This document shows positions 59,841-64,000 of a DNA stretch of 64,000 nucleotides, in pieces. A model generated the notes under the pieces. It ran no database searches. It worked only from the letters and a program-made list of their open reading frames with translations, and had not been told where the DNA came from. A program made the translations under genes and the position numbers. The DNA is from an uncultured delta proteobacterium (lineage in GTDB: Bacteria; Myxococcota_A; Polyangia; Palsa-1104). The DNA lies in NCBI GenBank assembly GCA_963785725.1, contig CAWAWS010000002.1:32001-96000 (forward strand), read 5' to 3'. Position 1 is the stretch's first letter. Each line of letters opens with the position of its first letter.

Positions 59841-61034
59841 CTACCGGCGCCGGCGACGCTGTCCGCGCACGACGATCGCGGCCAGCGCCAACAGGACGAA
59901 CGCCAGCGCCCACGGCGACGACGCGGCCGCGCCGCCGATGCTGCAGCCGTGCGACTTCGTCGGCGCCGTCGACCCGCCGCCCATGTCGTTGCCCGTCGCC
60001 AGCGTCGGGCCCACCGCGACGACCGGCGACGGCGTGGCGTTGCCGTAGTTGTCGACGGCGAGGACTTCGATCTGGTGCGACTTGCCGGGATCGAGCAGCA
60101 GCTTCGCGTTATTCGAGACGGCCGACGCCGAGCCGCACACGAAGCGCTGATCGAGCGACGCGAACGTGCCCGTCGCCGGCGTCTTGGCGGGCGAGACTTT
60201 GAGCGGCTGCCCCAGCGTGCCACCGGTCGGGATCTGGCGCCGCTCGATGCCCGTCGGCAGGCAGATCGAGTAGCTCGCCGGCGTCGTGTAGATGTCCTCG
60301 GGATTGCCCTCTGCGTCGGCGCACAGGAGCTGAAAGCTGGTCGGGCTGAACGACGTCTGCGGCGGCAACGTCCACGAGACCTCCACGCCGCCGGTCACCG
60401 ACCCCGTGTTGGCGGTCGCCTGCACCGCGGACACGGCCGTCGGCGGCTGCGAATTCTCCGTGAGATCCGTGAGCGTGCACGACGCCATCGGCTGCATCGG
60501 GTCGTTGTAAATGAAGACGTAGATGCTGTTGCTGAGCGTGATCGGCGCGCAGACATGGGTCACCGGCGCGTACAGCGACTGCGCCGGAATCGGGATGTGT
60601 ATGGTCAGGCCGGCGGGGCTCGCCGTCGTGAAGTCCTCGAAGTTTGGGATGCCGACCGTGAGCTTCTCGCACGCGGTCTGTCCGGCTGTCGTGCGCGTCG
60701 CGTAGTCGTCGCAGCCGGCGCCGACCCAGACCTCGACGGTGGCCGGCGTGTCGGCGTTGCCGAACGCCGATGTCAATTGGATCTCGAGCGCGATGTCTTG
60801 TGTGGCGCATTGGCACTCGGCCGCGCCAAACACGTACGGAACCGACGCCTGCTGCACCGACTCGTACCCGCCGTTGCCATCGGGGATGGCGAGCCCGACG
60901 GTTCCGGCGAGTGTCCCGCCGCTCGCGTCGGTGCCGCTGCAGGTGCCGCTCATTTGCGGGACTGGGAGGGCCAACGCCGTCGCCGGCGCCAGCGTGATCG
61001 CGGTCAATAAAACGAGGACGTTGGATTTTCGCAT
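59841..61034 (-). CDS. Exported Cys-containing protein with MYXO-CTERM-like tail
   Basis: Signal peptide ending ALA; C-terminal HGCSIGG...PWALAFVLLALAAIVV-RGQRRRRR. Confidence 0.8.
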   Translation of the reverse strand: MRKSNVLVLLTAITLAPATALALPVPQMSGTCSGTDASGGTLAGTVGLAIPDGNGGYESVQQASVPYVFGAAECQCATQDIALEIQLTSAFGNADTPATVEVWVGAGCDDYATRTTAGQTACEKLTVGIPNFEDFTTASPAGLTIHIPIPAQSLYAPVTHVCAPITLSNSIYVFIYNDPMQPMASCTLTDLTENSQPPTAVSAVQATANTGSVTGGVEVSWTLPPQTSFSPTSFQLLCADAEGNPEDIYTTPASYSICLPTGIERRQIPTGGTLGQPLKVSPAKTPATGTFASLDQRFVCGSASAVSNNAKLLLDPGKSHQIEVLAVDNYGNATPSPVVAVGPTLATGNDMGGGSTAPTKSHGCSIGGAAASSPWALAFVLLALAAIVVRGQRRRRR

Positions 61035-61081
61035 GACGCCTCGCAGAGCAAACACGAGGCCAATCGTCATCGTGTGACTTA

Positions 61082-61241
61082 GAGCGGGCCCTCAAAACCT
61101 GTGACCGAGCCAGGCCGAGCGCGGAGCGCGGGCTGCGAGGCGCGACGAGGGAAGATACCGGTGTGTATCTGACCGAGCAGCAACGAAGCAGACCGCGCCC
61201 GCAGCCGGCTTGGCGACCGAACAGGTTTTGAGGGCCCGCTC
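61082..61241. mobile_element. 160-bp MITE-like element
   Basis: Perfect 21-bp terminal inverted repeats GAGCGGGCCCTCAAAACCTGT, flanked by TTA on both sides. Confidence 0.8.

Positions 61242-64000
<2,759 letters not shown>

Overview
High-GC bacterial DNA, probably from a myxobacterium (inferred from a MYXO-CTERM-like tail, myxobacterial Cys-rich repeats and a Ser/Thr kinase relic). Single-base indels cluster in some genes and look like long-read errors. From left to right the window holds: (1) a glycolipid-type cluster (MMPL, two radical SAM enzymes, a CDP-alcohol phosphatidyltransferase, a PIG-A-like GT4 and a GT-C transferase); (2) an orphan deaminase-toxin/DUF416 pair next to a complete ISAzo13 element; (3) an RND efflux operon flanked in mirror arrangement by two copies of a nearly sensor-less HisKA_3 kinase and two knottin-framework lipopeptides, with a TAAGG-N6-CCTTA palindrome in four promoter positions; (4) two related integrative elements in tandem at tRNA-Gly(GCC), each with an XRE regulator, a sigma-region-2/excisionase fusion and a tyrosine integrase. 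The complete ~23.8 kb element carries a 2584-aa teneurin-like RHS toxin with a Sel1 partner, DUF4041/GIY-YIG, HEPN-like and MBL-hydrolase candidate defence genes, and a CHAP amidase with a likely immunity gene; (5) core genome: pirin, LysR, a KimA-like transporter under a c-di-AMP riboswitch, a MITE and dnaE. All calls come from motif recognition by eye; no database searches were run.
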